A stretch of DNA of 64,000 nt from an uncultured delta proteobacterium (GTDB lineage Bacteria; Desulfobacterota; Desulfomonilia; UBA1062), in the NCBI GenBank assembly GCA_963752595.1, contig CAVVYZ010000002.1:288001-352000 (forward strand), given 5' to 3'. Below are positions 48,133-58,141 of this stretch, piece by piece. Position numbers and translations under genes: made by a program. Each line of letters begins with the position of its first letter. Position 1 is the stretch's first letter. The notes below the pieces were generated by a model. It made no database searches. It was not told the DNA's origin and worked only from the letters and a program-made list of their open reading frames with translations.

Positions 48133-49950
48133 TTACCGGATCGGGTTTTCCGCCAGGGATATGGCCCATGCTGCGTTGACCAGGCCGATATGGCTCAACG
48201 CCTGAGGATAATTGCCGAGGGATTCGCCGGTGCGTGGGTCTATTTCTTCGGAGAGGAGGCCGACGTCGTTTACAAATACGGCTGCCCTCTCGAATACCTC
48301 TTTTGCGTGTTCGACCTTTCCTGCCAGGGCAAGTGCGTGGGAAAGCCAGAACGTGCAGGTGAGAAAAGTTCCTTCCGCGCCCTCCAGGCCGTCGGGGGAT
48401 TTGTAGCGGTATACAAGCCCATGGGAATCGGTTAATCCTTTTTCAATCGCCTCGATCGTGGAAAGCATGCGCGGATCATCCCCTTTGAGGAAGCCGACAA
48501 CAGGCATCATCAGGGTCGAGGCATCAAGATCGTCACCGTCAAAGGTCTGGGTAAAGGCACCTAATTCATGATTCCATGCATATGATAAAATGGAGTTTTT
48601 AATAGTTTCTCTGGTCTTTTTCCAGGAAGGCACCCGGTCGTTCGCCCCGATCAGGTCTGCCAGTGCGATGGCCCTGTCAAGAGCGACCCAGCACATCAGC
48701 TTGGAGTAGGTAAAGTGTTTCGCCGGGCCGCGGACCTCCCAGATTCCCTGATCCCGTTTCGTCCATGCGAGAGAGGCGATATCGGCCATGTCGGCGAGAA
48801 TGCCCTGTGTAGCGCTGTCCTGATCCTTGATATAGTCCCGCAGGAGCAGGGCTGCATCCAGAAGCTCACCATAAATATCAAGCTGCCTTTGCCTCCAGGC
48901 TTCATTGCCGACCCTCACAGGAGCACTGTTCCGCCATCCGGATAGATGAAGCAACTCCCGTTCGCTTAAGTCATGTTCTCCGCCTATCCCAAATACTGTC
49001 TGGACATCGAGACCCCGTTTGATATGGGTAAGTACGGCATGGGCCGTAAAATCAAAGTACTTGATGGATTCATCGGGACAGGCAGCAACCCAGAGTGCAT
49101 TATGGGTGAAACTTGCATCTCTGATCCAGCAGAACCGGTAGTCCCAGTTCCTGACTCCTCCTATTGTCTCGGGCAGAGATGTGGTCGGTGCTGCAACGAT
49201 GGCGCCCGTGGGGTAATAAGTCAAAGCCTGCAGAATCCTGCCGGAATCTTGCACCATCTCTTTCCAGAGACCCTGATAGTTCTGGTGGAGCTTAGACCAA
49301 CTGTTCCATGCCCTGAGCGTGCCTTGGAAAAATCGTTTGATCTCTTCCTCCGGCCAGGGTTGAGGAGACATTCCGGAAGTGCTGCCATATTCCAGAAGGA
49401 AAAAATACTCATCTCCTTCATTCATATTGACGTCTGCATGGGCTGTAAATTCAACATGCTGAAAATCTAACGGCGAGGTAAGGAAGAGGACCGAGGCTCC
49501 TCCCTGGGCAAAGATTCCGCTTCCGGTGCCCCGCAGGAGAGGCATGACCAGGCCGTACTCAGGACGGGGTGCATACTCGATATGGACAGCGGCACCGCCT
49601 TTCAAGCATCGCAATCTCCGGATTAATGCATGGGGTGAACCGGCGCCGAGTTCATGACCGGTATTGTTCAGGCCTACTGCCAGGAGGTCTTCAAGAACCA
49701 TATCCCCTCTGTCAGTTTGAAAAGACGTCTGGATGCACATAGTGTTCTCCAGATACCGTCTTTTTGTCGCCTTTACCCCGATCGGACAGATGCTGAAGTG
49801 CCCCCCTTCATGGTCGAGAATCCTGGCGAAAACCGAAGGAGAATCGAAACGGGGGAAGGGAAGCCAGTCAATAGAGCCGGATCTGCTCACCAATGCCGCT
49901 GTATGGCAGTCGGAAAGGAGTGCATAGTCCGATATGGGAAGGTGACCCAT
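48133..49950 (-). CDS. Glycoside hydrolase family 15 (glucoamylase/trehalase-like)
   Basis: ISDYALLSD, PRFDSPS, AAPTTSLPE..RNWDYRFCWIRD, QLDIYGE, GIWEVRG, LLSEE, GNYPQA. Confidence 0.93.
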   Translation of the reverse strand: MGHLPISDYALLSDCHTAALVSRSGSIDWLPFPRFDSPSVFARILDHEGGHFSICPIGVKATKRRYLENTMCIQTSFQTDRGDMVLEDLLAVGLNNTGHELGAGSPHALIRRLRCLKGGAAVHIEYAPRPEYGLVMPLLRGTGSGIFAQGGASVLFLTSPLDFQHVEFTAHADVNMNEGDEYFFLLEYGSTSGMSPQPWPEEEIKRFFQGTLRAWNSWSKLHQNYQGLWKEMVQDSGRILQALTYYPTGAIVAAPTTSLPETIGGVRNWDYRFCWIRDASFTHNALWVAACPDESIKYFDFTAHAVLTHIKRGLDVQTVFGIGGEHDLSERELLHLSGWRNSAPVRVGNEAWRQRQLDIYGELLDAALLLRDYIKDQDSATQGILADMADIASLAWTKRDQGIWEVRGPAKHFTYSKLMCWVALDRAIALADLIGANDRVPSWKKTRETIKNSILSYAWNHELGAFTQTFDGDDLDASTLMMPVVGFLKGDDPRMLSTIEAIEKGLTDSHGLVYRYKSPDGLEGAEGTFLTCTFWLSHALALAGKVEHAKEVFERAAVFVNDVGLLSEEIDPRTGESLGNYPQALSHIGLVNAAWAISLAENPIR

Positions 49951-49970
49951 TCATTCACTCTTGGGGATTC

Positions 49971-50798
49971 CTATCCCCCGGATGCAAAGCCCGGATAAAG
50001 CGTCATGCCGCCGTCTACGAACAAGGTGGTGCCGTGGACATAGTCGGATTCGTCAGATGCAAGCCAGACTGCCGCAGCTCCGATATCCATCGGATCTCCG
50101 ATGCGGCCCCAGGGGATGAGCTTGATGAGTGATTCGGCCGCCTCAGGGGTTTCCCATGATTTCCTGTTGATAGGAGTCTTGATCGCTCCGGGAGCAATAC
50201 TGTTCACCCTTATCCTGTCCGGCGCAAGCTCCTGGGCCATGCTTTCCATGAGCAGATTTATCCCGCCTTTGGATGCCGCATAATTGCAGTGGTGTGCCCA
50301 GGGGATGACCTGATGTACTGAACTGATGAAGATAATTTTCCCTGCACTGAGTGATTTTTCCGGTTGGATGCCTCTGCGCTTGAATTCACACGCTGCTTCA
50401 CGGGAACAGAGGAACGTGCCTGTCAGGTTCACATCGATCACCTTCTGCCAATCCTCAAGGGTCATCTTATCAAATGCTGCATCCCTCTGGATACCGGCAT
50501 TGTTCACTAGAATATCGACCGTACCGAATTCCCGGACCGCCTGCCCGAACATTCCCCGGACCTGGTTTTCATTGCTGACGTCTGCTTCGACGGCCATCGC
50601 CTTGGCTTTCTTTTTCCCTATTTCCCCGACTACTTCCCCGGCTGCCTCTTCCTCTCCGCTATAATTCACCACGATATGAGCGCCTTCATCAGCCATGGCG
50701 AGCGCAATCCCTCTGCCGATCCCCGAGGATGCTCCGGTTATGAGGACCACCTGGTTTTTTAAACGGCCGGCACAGGCCGGACGGCTGAAACACGGCAT
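49971..50798 (-). CDS. SDR oxidoreductase, glucose 1-dehydrogenase-like
   Basis: TGASSGIG, NNAGIQ, SSVHQVIPW, YAASKGG, PGAIKTPIN, LFVDGGMTLYP. Confidence 0.9.
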   Translation of the reverse strand: MPCFSRPACAGRLKNQVVLITGASSGIGRGIALAMADEGAHIVVNYSGEEEAAGEVVGEIGKKKAKAMAVEADVSNENQVRGMFGQAVREFGTVDILVNNAGIQRDAAFDKMTLEDWQKVIDVNLTGTFLCSREAACEFKRRGIQPEKSLSAGKIIFISSVHQVIPWAHHCNYAASKGGINLLMESMAQELAPDRIRVNSIAPGAIKTPINRKSWETPEAAESLIKLIPWGRIGDPMDIGAAAVWLASDESDYVHGTTLFVDGGMTLYPGFASGG

Positions 50799-50944
50799 AG
50801 ATACACCTTTTTCTGGTACATAAATGTTGGAGCACTGAAAAAATGAAGCCTTCGGAGACAGTATGCGAGTGCTCCCTAAAAGACGGTTTTAAGCCTCTCG
50901 TAAGAGTGATGATAGGCGCAGATGAGGAATTCACAAGGCAGGAA

Positions 50945-52703
50945 TTATATTTCCTGCGGGTGCTTTCGAGAGATTGCCTGTTCTATGGGGTCAAGCGGCA
51001 GCCTCGGCAGGAAGAAAGAAAATGATGAGCCTTTGCCCGCGGTGCTCTGTGCTGTGATGACGCCATGATGGTCCTTGATGATCCCATGTACGACACGACA
51101 GCCAGCCCAAGACCCGAGCCTTCTCTGAATTTCCTGGTGGTAAAGAAGGGATCAAAGATGCGGCCGAGGATCTTTTCTTCGATACCTTTGCCGGTGTCGC
51201 TTACAATGATCCGGATATAGGGGCCATGGACAAGGTCGGGTGATATTTTCAAAGTGTCATTCTGATCAAGCTCGACGCACGAGAGGTGCACTTCCAGGAA
51301 GCCTCCCTTTTCCTTCATGGCATAGGCCGCATTATTGCCGGGATTGATCAATACCTGTTTGATCTGGACAGGATCCGCAAGGATTGTTGCAGAATCATCG
51401 TCGATAAGGTAATTGATTTCGATGTTCGAGGGGATGGAAGACCTGAGAAAGGCCATCGTTTCCCTGATGATGGCGGATATTGAAGCAGGGTTCTTCTCAT
51501 GAGTAATCCCTCCTGCCATGGTCCATAAAGCCTCCATCTTCTGTATCCGGCAGATATGGTTCTGAAGTTTCTGCTCACGGGTAGTATCCCGTACGACCGA
51601 TACATAATTGGTCACTTCACCGTTTGCATTGCAAACCTGAGAAGAGCTCAAGAGGACATCCAGGATTTTTTTGTTTTTCTGCCTTCTCTTCGTACAGCCC
51701 TTCCATGATCGTTTCTGGGGGGAGATGATATCGGTAATCAGCTCGCAGAGCATGCCCTCGTCATACCTGTCAAAGAGTATATCCACCTTTTTCCCTATCA
51801 GCTCATGCCTTTTACATCCGCTCAATTCCTCATACGCCGGGTTGACGTATTCAATAATCCCGGAGGGACTGAACAATATGATGCCTTCTCCTGCCTGATC
51901 TATAACAGAGGCTAACTGCAGGAGGTTGCGCTCCAACTTTTTCCTCGCGCTTATGTCTACTCCTATCCCGATATAGGAGCCGTCAGAGAGACGGACGTTT
52001 GCCCAGGAGGTTGATACAGAATCCCCCGATCGGTTTGTGGCTTCAAAATCCCGCCATCCGGGTTCTGCTCCCGCCATATACGAATTGGTCTCCTGGCATT
52101 TCGAAGGTTCAGGGAAGCATACGGACAAGATATCCCTGTCTTTGAATTCCTCCAGGCTCCACCCGATGACCCTTTCGAATTCCTTGTTGACCAGCTTGGC
52201 CGCACCTGTCGAATCAAATAAGCAGAGCATGACAGGGATAATGTCGATGATCTTCTGCAGCAGCTCCTTCTTATCTTCGAGCATTTTCGTTGTTCTGCGC
52301 AGATCTTCTGTAGGGATGATATCCGGCAATGACTTGAACATCTCGGGGGGCACACTTTGGAGAACCAGCGCAAAACCCTCTCCGCAAGGCATGCATCTGC
52401 ATGAAAATGTGATTTCTGCCGGTGCAGGGTATTGTGCCTTGAAGGTGACGGCTGTGTTCTCCCTCGATGCATGATCGAGCTCTTTTGAGAACAGGGACAC
52501 AAGAGAGTCCGGGATCATTTCCCTAATGACCCGGCCTGTCACTTCTCCCCTGGGCTTGGCCAGGAGCTTTTCACCTGCAGGGTTTACATAGGTGACCAGG
52601 TATGAAGGGCTGAGGTGTATGATGACTGAATCAAGATTATCGAGCAGTTCTATCGCTTCGAATGCATGGTATGTTCTGCACTGTTCTGTTTACACATACT
52701 CAT
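50945..52703 (-). pseudogene. Multi-PAS sensor histidine kinase with deleted DHp/HisKA region and frameshifts
   Basis: Three PAS-like repeats (YVNPAG, LVNKEFE, YVNPAYE). The H-box MAGGITHE joins directly to KNPASISAIIRET; then QVLINPGNNA, DTGKG, FDPFFTT, GLGL. Shifts near both ends. Confidence 0.75.
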
Positions 52704-52999
52704 TGTCCGTAGTTCCTGCCTTTAAAGGATATTGAGTTTCTTGGGGAAACTCCTGAAAAACGGAGCGAGTTCCAGAGATGTGCGTAAACTCGGTTTCCTT
52801 TATACAGGAATACGTGAAAAAGCCAAAGTGGTAAATGAAAGAAGCAAAGTCTTTACAGGATATTGATCCGGATCGATCTGGGTATAGAAAGTACTTGTAA
52901 GACTTGTCCCGGCCGTAATCCGGGCAAGGCATTTAAGAGATTGTGGTGATTTTCATGTGAATTGAATATGATGATCTTGAGGAGCAAAGGAGGAAGCGA

Positions 53000-54700
53000 A
53001 TGAGAGATCACTCCAGGATCGTGGTAGTAGGGGGCTCTGCCGCCGGCCCCAAGGCAGCAGCAAAGGCAAGGAGAATAAACAGCGGGGCAGAGATCGTCAT
53101 CCTTCAGAAAGACCCGGATCTGTCCATGGCATCCTGCGGCTATCCATACTATGTGGCCGGCGTCTTTGATGACAGGAATATGCTCGTGAGCACCGGTAAC
53201 GGGGTTACCCGGGACCCTGTGTATTACCATGGAGCAAAGGCAATCGATGCGAGGACGAACACCGAGGTGACCGACATCTCCACGGTCGAGCATGTCGTGT
53301 TCTCCCGGAATCTCCTGACCGGAGAAACCGATGCCATGGACTATGACAAGCTCATCATTGCAACCGGTTCTCTTCCTATAATGCCGCCCGTCCCGGGAAC
53401 GGATCTCAAAGGGATTTCAACGTTGCAGTCCATGAAAGATGCCGATTTTCTCCGCGGGGTACGGGACGAGCGGAAGGTGAAGAAGGCTGTCGTCGTGGGC
53501 GGCGGGCTCATAGGGATAGAGACCTGCGAAGCCCTCCGGATTGCAGGAATCGAGGTCACCGTTATTGAGCTCGCTCCCCAGCTGGTCACCTTCCTCGACT
53601 GGGAGCTCGCAAAGCTCGTGGAAAACCATGTGCGGAGCAAGTCGGTGAATGTGCTCACCGGTAGCCCTGTCGCCGCTTTCCTTGGGCAGAACGGCATATT
53701 GAACGGGGTCAAGCTCGAGAACGGCACCGAAGTACCGTGCGATATCGCGGTGGTTGCCGTGGGAGTCCAGCCCAACGTGGAGCTTGCACGGCGGGCAGGC
53801 TTAACGATCGGCATCACCGGCGGGATCGAGGTCAACGAATACATGCAGACCTCCGACCCGGATATCTATGCTGCAGGAGACTGCATCGAGACCGTAAACC
53901 TGATCACAGGCAAAGAGGTGTTCGCTCCCTACGGCGACCTCGCAAACCTCCAGGGAAGGGTGGCAGGAGAGAACGCGGCTTCCGGAAACAGGGCAGTCTT
54001 CAGGGGCACGATCCAGACCGGCATCTGCAAGGTATTCGATTTCTCGGCCGGTTCAACCGGGCTCTCGCAAAGATCTGCGGGAAAGAACGGCTTCACCGAT
54101 ATCATCTCCGTCATTACCGCAGGCCCGGACAAGCCGGGGTATATGAGCGGCAAGCTCCTGGTAACGAAGCTGGTTGCTGACAGGACCACCGGCAAGATAC
54201 TCGGCGCCCAGTGTATAGGTCCGGGAAATGTCAGCAAGCAGGTTGCCCAGTGGGCAATGGCCATCCAGGGCGGATTATGCGTCGAAGACCTTATCAACGC
54301 AGATCTCCCCTATGCCCCGCCATTCTCTCCGGCGATCGATCACTTCATCACCACGGCGCATGTCATGCAGAACAAGATGGAAAATCGGTTCAAGGGCATA
54401 TCATCCCTTGCAGTCAAGGAAAAGCTGGATAAAGGCGAGAAGCTCTTTCTCCTGGATGCGAGGGGATCGGATGAGTTCGAGTCCACCCGTCTCGGCATCG
54501 GCGAAACTCTCATGCCTCTTCACGATTTGAGGAAAAGGTCCGGAGAGTTGCCGGAAGACAGAAATGCGGAAATCATCTGCTACTGTACGGTTTCGCTGCG
54601 AGGGTATGAGGCTGCTCTTGCCCTTGAGGCATTGGGCTGGAGAAATGTTAAGGTCATGGAAGGAGGCATAGCCGCCTGGCCGTTTTCAAAGGAGAAATAG
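53000..54700 (+). CDS. CoA-disulfide reductase/NADH oxidase family flavoprotein with C-terminal rhodanese (Npsr-like)
   Basis: VVVGGSAAG, SMASCGYPY redox Cys, VVGGGLIG, YAAGD, DLPYAPPFS, rhodanese CTVSLR and MEGGIAAW. Confidence 0.9.
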   Translation: MRDHSRIVVVGGSAAGPKAAAKARRINSGAEIVILQKDPDLSMASCGYPYYVAGVFDDRNMLVSTGNGVTRDPVYYHGAKAIDARTNTEVTDISTVEHVVFSRNLLTGETDAMDYDKLIIATGSLPIMPPVPGTDLKGISTLQSMKDADFLRGVRDERKVKKAVVVGGGLIGIETCEALRIAGIEVTVIELAPQLVTFLDWELAKLVENHVRSKSVNVLTGSPVAAFLGQNGILNGVKLENGTEVPCDIAVVAVGVQPNVELARRAGLTIGITGGIEVNEYMQTSDPDIYAAGDCIETVNLITGKEVFAPYGDLANLQGRVAGENAASGNRAVFRGTIQTGICKVFDFSAGSTGLSQRSAGKNGFTDIISVITAGPDKPGYMSGKLLVTKLVADRTTGKILGAQCIGPGNVSKQVAQWAMAIQGGLCVEDLINADLPYAPPFSPAIDHFITTAHVMQNKMENRFKGISSLAVKEKLDKGEKLFLLDARGSDEFESTRLGIGETLMPLHDLRKRSGELPEDRNAEIICYCTVSLRGYEAALALEALGWRNVKVMEGGIAAWPFSKEK

Positions 54701-54740
54701 GAGCTTCCGCCTCGATGGGACCCAAGGCTTCGGTCAGGAC

Positions 54741-56102
54741 TTATGCAATCCCTTCCGTCCCTTGAGCGACCCTCTTGAAGGCCTTGCCTTGGACAAAACA
54801 ATAGGGGCATTCATCAGGGGGGGTATCACCGAGGTGGATGTATCCGCATATAGGGCACCGCCAGGCCACCTGAGACCCTAGGGCCTCGCTGAAATCACCG
54901 CTCCTGTCTTCCCACGCCATAACCGGCACCTCATTCAGCGGGGGCATGACCGGCCTGTATGCGCTGAAGAGCTGTCCTGCAAGGATAAGGTGCTGGATCT
55001 CAGAGGTGCCTTCATAGATCCGAGCAGCCGATATCCCGGAATAACTTTTCTATGGGATACATCTTCGTATATCCGTACCCGGCAAAGATCTGGAGCGCAT
55101 CGCTGACCACCTCGAACGCAGCCTCGGTTGCATAGAGCTTTGCAATGGAGGAAGAAACATTGTCTCGGATGCCTTTATCGACTTCGTACGCAGCCTTCCA
55201 GGTCAGAAGCCGGGCAGTCTCGATCTTCATATACATGTCAGCGAGCTTGAACTGGATGGCCTGGTAATTTGCGAGCGGAGAGCCGAAGGTCCGCCGCCTT
55301 TTGGTATAGTCGATCGCAAACTCCATGGCCGACCGGGCTGCGCCGACTCCGAATGACCCGATGGTAGGACGTGTCCTGTCAAAGGTCTTCATGGCGAGGA
55401 GAAAACCCTCTCCGGGTTCTGCAAGGATATTTTCCTTCGGCACCCTCACGTCTGTAAAATTGCACGCCAGCAGTGTTCGAACACCTCTGGCCCAGCTTTG
55501 GGATGTGTTTCCCGGCTGGAGACGCCGTCCCAGTCCATGTCCACGACGAAGGCGCAGATCCCCTGATGGGCGAATTTCGGGTCTATTGTGGCGAAGACGC
55601 TCATGTAATCGGCAATCCCGCCGTTCGTTATCCAGTATTTCGTGCCGTTCAGGATATAGTCGTCACCGTCTTTTTTCGCATAGGCACCTCATCCCTGCGA
55701 CATCAGACCCCATCGTGGGCTCGGAGGTGCCGAAGCAGATGAGCTTGAACTCCCTGGCAATCTTGCTCAAATATCCTTTCTTGATATGTTCTTTGTCCGA
55801 GAGCAGGATCGGCGCCATCCCAAGGGAATTATCAAATATCGATGTGGCGAGCCCTGGGCATCCGGCAGCGATCTCCTCCACCCGATGGTTCCTTCGACCA
55901 TGCCGCAGCCCCTGCCCGCCGTACTCTTCAAGGGGATATCCCCGTTCATGAGGCCTTCATCAAAGGCCTTGCGGAGTACGGTAAGGGGAGTTTCATCCAG
56001 CTCATCATAGTACCAGGCTACCGGCAGGATCTCTTTTATGGTGAATTCGCGGGCTCTGTCCCGTATGGCGAGCTGCTCGGGACTCAACGTGAAATCCAGC
56101 AT
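54741..56102 (-). CDS. Acyl-CoA dehydrogenase with C-terminal rubredoxin-like domain; several frameshifts
   Basis: MLDFTLSPEQ, FGTSEPTMGSD, LNGTKYWITNG, FDRTRP, QAIQFKLADM, IFAGYGY; IYEGTSEIQ is in frame with CPICGY..CPYC. Confidence 0.85.
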
Positions 56103-56386
56103 ACCTCTCTCCTTTTAGCTCCTGTATGTACGGCATTCAAGCAGCATGCCGGTGCCGTTTTAAGGAACACATTCTTCCATTTTATGTTGAAAGGATAAGA
56201 TGAAGGGTAAGCGTGGGCATTACAGACTCAAGGGCTTGCAGTCGGAGGAAAGGAATGCCTCGAATAGCTGTTGCTTGTTACATGAATATCACCCGGTAAT
56301 CAAAGCCCTCTGGCCTCGGAGAAGAGCAAAGGCCAGGACCTTGCATTCACGGCAGATGGGATTATATTGTTAACTACCTGATTAAC

Positions 56387-56396
56387 TGAACGTTCA
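56387..56396. promoter_or_regulatory. Palindrome, candidate operator upstream of the fatty acid-CoA ligase
   Basis: Perfect palindrome TGAACGTTCA between a putative -10 (TATATT) and the SD. Confidence 0.4.
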
Positions 56397-56424
56397 ATAC
56401 ATTGTCAAAGAGGAGAAATGAGGT

Positions 56425-58089
56425 ATGACGACAAAACCATGGCATCAGCATTACGACTACTGCGTACCCACATCCATCCGTTATCCCAGGCTCCCTGCCC
56501 AGGATCTTTACCTGCTCTCCGCCGGCACGTTCCCGGATAAGCCCGCCCTGAACTTCTACGGCACCGAGACGACCTTCTGGGAGCTGCGGACCCAGGTGCG
56601 GCGCATGACCAATGCCCTGGCCGCAGCAGGTGTGAGCAAGGGCGACAGGGTAGGGATTCATCTTCCCAACTGTCCGCAATTCGTCATTGCGTACATCGCA
56701 ACGCTTTCGCTTGGTGCGGTCGTGGTGAACATGAACCCCATGTACACTGCGGACGAGCTCAAGTTCATCATGCAGGATACCGGGATGAGCACGCTGATAA
56801 CCTTTGATATGGTCCTGCCGAACGTCCGACCTGCACTGGCGGACACTGAGGTAAAGAGGGTCGTGGTTACCAGGGTGACGGATTACATCAAAGGGTTCGG
56901 GGTGAGCACGGCAAAGGATCTCGAACTCAACGAGGGGTGGTATCATTTCTCGCAGCTTATCGAGAATGCATCATCCGACCGTGTTCCGAAGGTCGAGGTA
57001 ATGTATAACGATCCGGCGCTTATCCAGTTTACCGGAGGCACGACGGGCGTACCCAAAGGTGCGGTGCTGACTCACGCGAACATCATTACCGCCACTTTTC
57101 AGGCATCGCTCTGGGGCACACCTACCACAGGCAACGTCTCCCCCGAGAAGCGGGTTACGCTGTGCCTCATTCCGTTCTTCCATGTTTATGGAAACATCGT
57201 TGCCATGAACTGGTCGCTCTTCAACAGCTCGACCCAGATCTTAGTGCCTCGTTTCGATGTGAACGAGCTTATGGGGATCATCGGCAATTTCGAGAAGATC
57301 ACCTTCTTCCCTGCGGTGCCGACCATCATCACGGCACTCGTCAACCACCCCAAGGCACGCGAGCTGAACCTCGACAAGAGACTCGGCCTCCTCAATTCCG
57401 GAGCAGCCCCCATGGCTGTGGAGCTTATCGACCAGGTCAAGGATATGGGGATCTTCTTCAGCGAGGGGTACGGCTTGAGCGAATCCACGTCTCTGGGAAT
57501 ATCAAACCCGATTCTGGGTCTCAAGAAAGCAGGCAGCATCGGCATTCCTTTCCCGGATATGGACGTTAAACTGGTGGATCTCGACGAAGGAAAAGTTGAG
57601 GTGAAGCAAGGTGAGCCGGGCGAGCTCATCATGAAGGGTCCGCTCATCATGCAGGGATACTGGAACAAACCCGAGGAGACAAAGGGGCAGCTGCGGGACG
57701 GCTGGCTCTATACGGGAGACATCGCCCAGGCTGATGAGGACGGCTACCTTTTTATCGTCGACCGCAAGAAGGATATGATCATCGCAGGCGGCTTCAACAT
57801 TTATCCGCGCGATATCGACGAGGTGCTCTACCAGCATCCGAAGGTCCTGGAGGCCTGCTCGGTCGGTGTTCCCGATGAGTACCGCGGGGAGACGGTCAAG
57901 TCCTTCGTGGTCCTTAACCCCGGCCAGACCGTGAGCGACAAAGAGCTCATCGACTTCTGCAAGACCAAGCTGGCTCCCTACAAGGTTCCGAAAATCATCG
58001 AGTTCCGGGATGCCCTTCCCAAGTCCGCAGTGGGCAAAATCCTCCGAAAGATTCTGCGCGAGGAGGAACTGGCCAAAAGGAAGAAGTAA
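56425..58089 (+). CDS. Long-chain fatty acid-CoA ligase (FadD-like)
   Basis: QFTGGTTGVPKG, PFFHVYG, EGYGLSE, WLYTGD, IVDRKKD, LPKSAVGK. Confidence 0.93.
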   Translation: MTTKPWHQHYDYCVPTSIRYPRLPAQDLYLLSAGTFPDKPALNFYGTETTFWELRTQVRRMTNALAAAGVSKGDRVGIHLPNCPQFVIAYIATLSLGAVVVNMNPMYTADELKFIMQDTGMSTLITFDMVLPNVRPALADTEVKRVVVTRVTDYIKGFGVSTAKDLELNEGWYHFSQLIENASSDRVPKVEVMYNDPALIQFTGGTTGVPKGAVLTHANIITATFQASLWGTPTTGNVSPEKRVTLCLIPFFHVYGNIVAMNWSLFNSSTQILVPRFDVNELMGIIGNFEKITFFPAVPTIITALVNHPKARELNLDKRLGLLNSGAAPMAVELIDQVKDMGIFFSEGYGLSESTSLGISNPILGLKKAGSIGIPFPDMDVKLVDLDEGKVEVKQGEPGELIMKGPLIMQGYWNKPEETKGQLRDGWLYTGDIAQADEDGYLFIVDRKKDMIIAGGFNIYPRDIDEVLYQHPKVLEACSVGVPDEYRGETVKSFVVLNPGQTVSDKELIDFCKTKLAPYKVPKIIEFRDALPKSAVGKILRKILREEELAKRKK

Positions 58090-58141
58090 TCGAAGCGATG
58101 AAGGATGGGCGGGAAGGGCTTCACCAGGATATCTGGTAAGG

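Noticed and set aside
52687-52932. Stop-codon readthrough joining ORF 52690-52932 to the PAS kinase frame
   Set aside because: The stop is TAA (not Sec or Pyl) and the upstream ORF looks non-coding. A frameshift after ATG 52703 is the simpler explanation.
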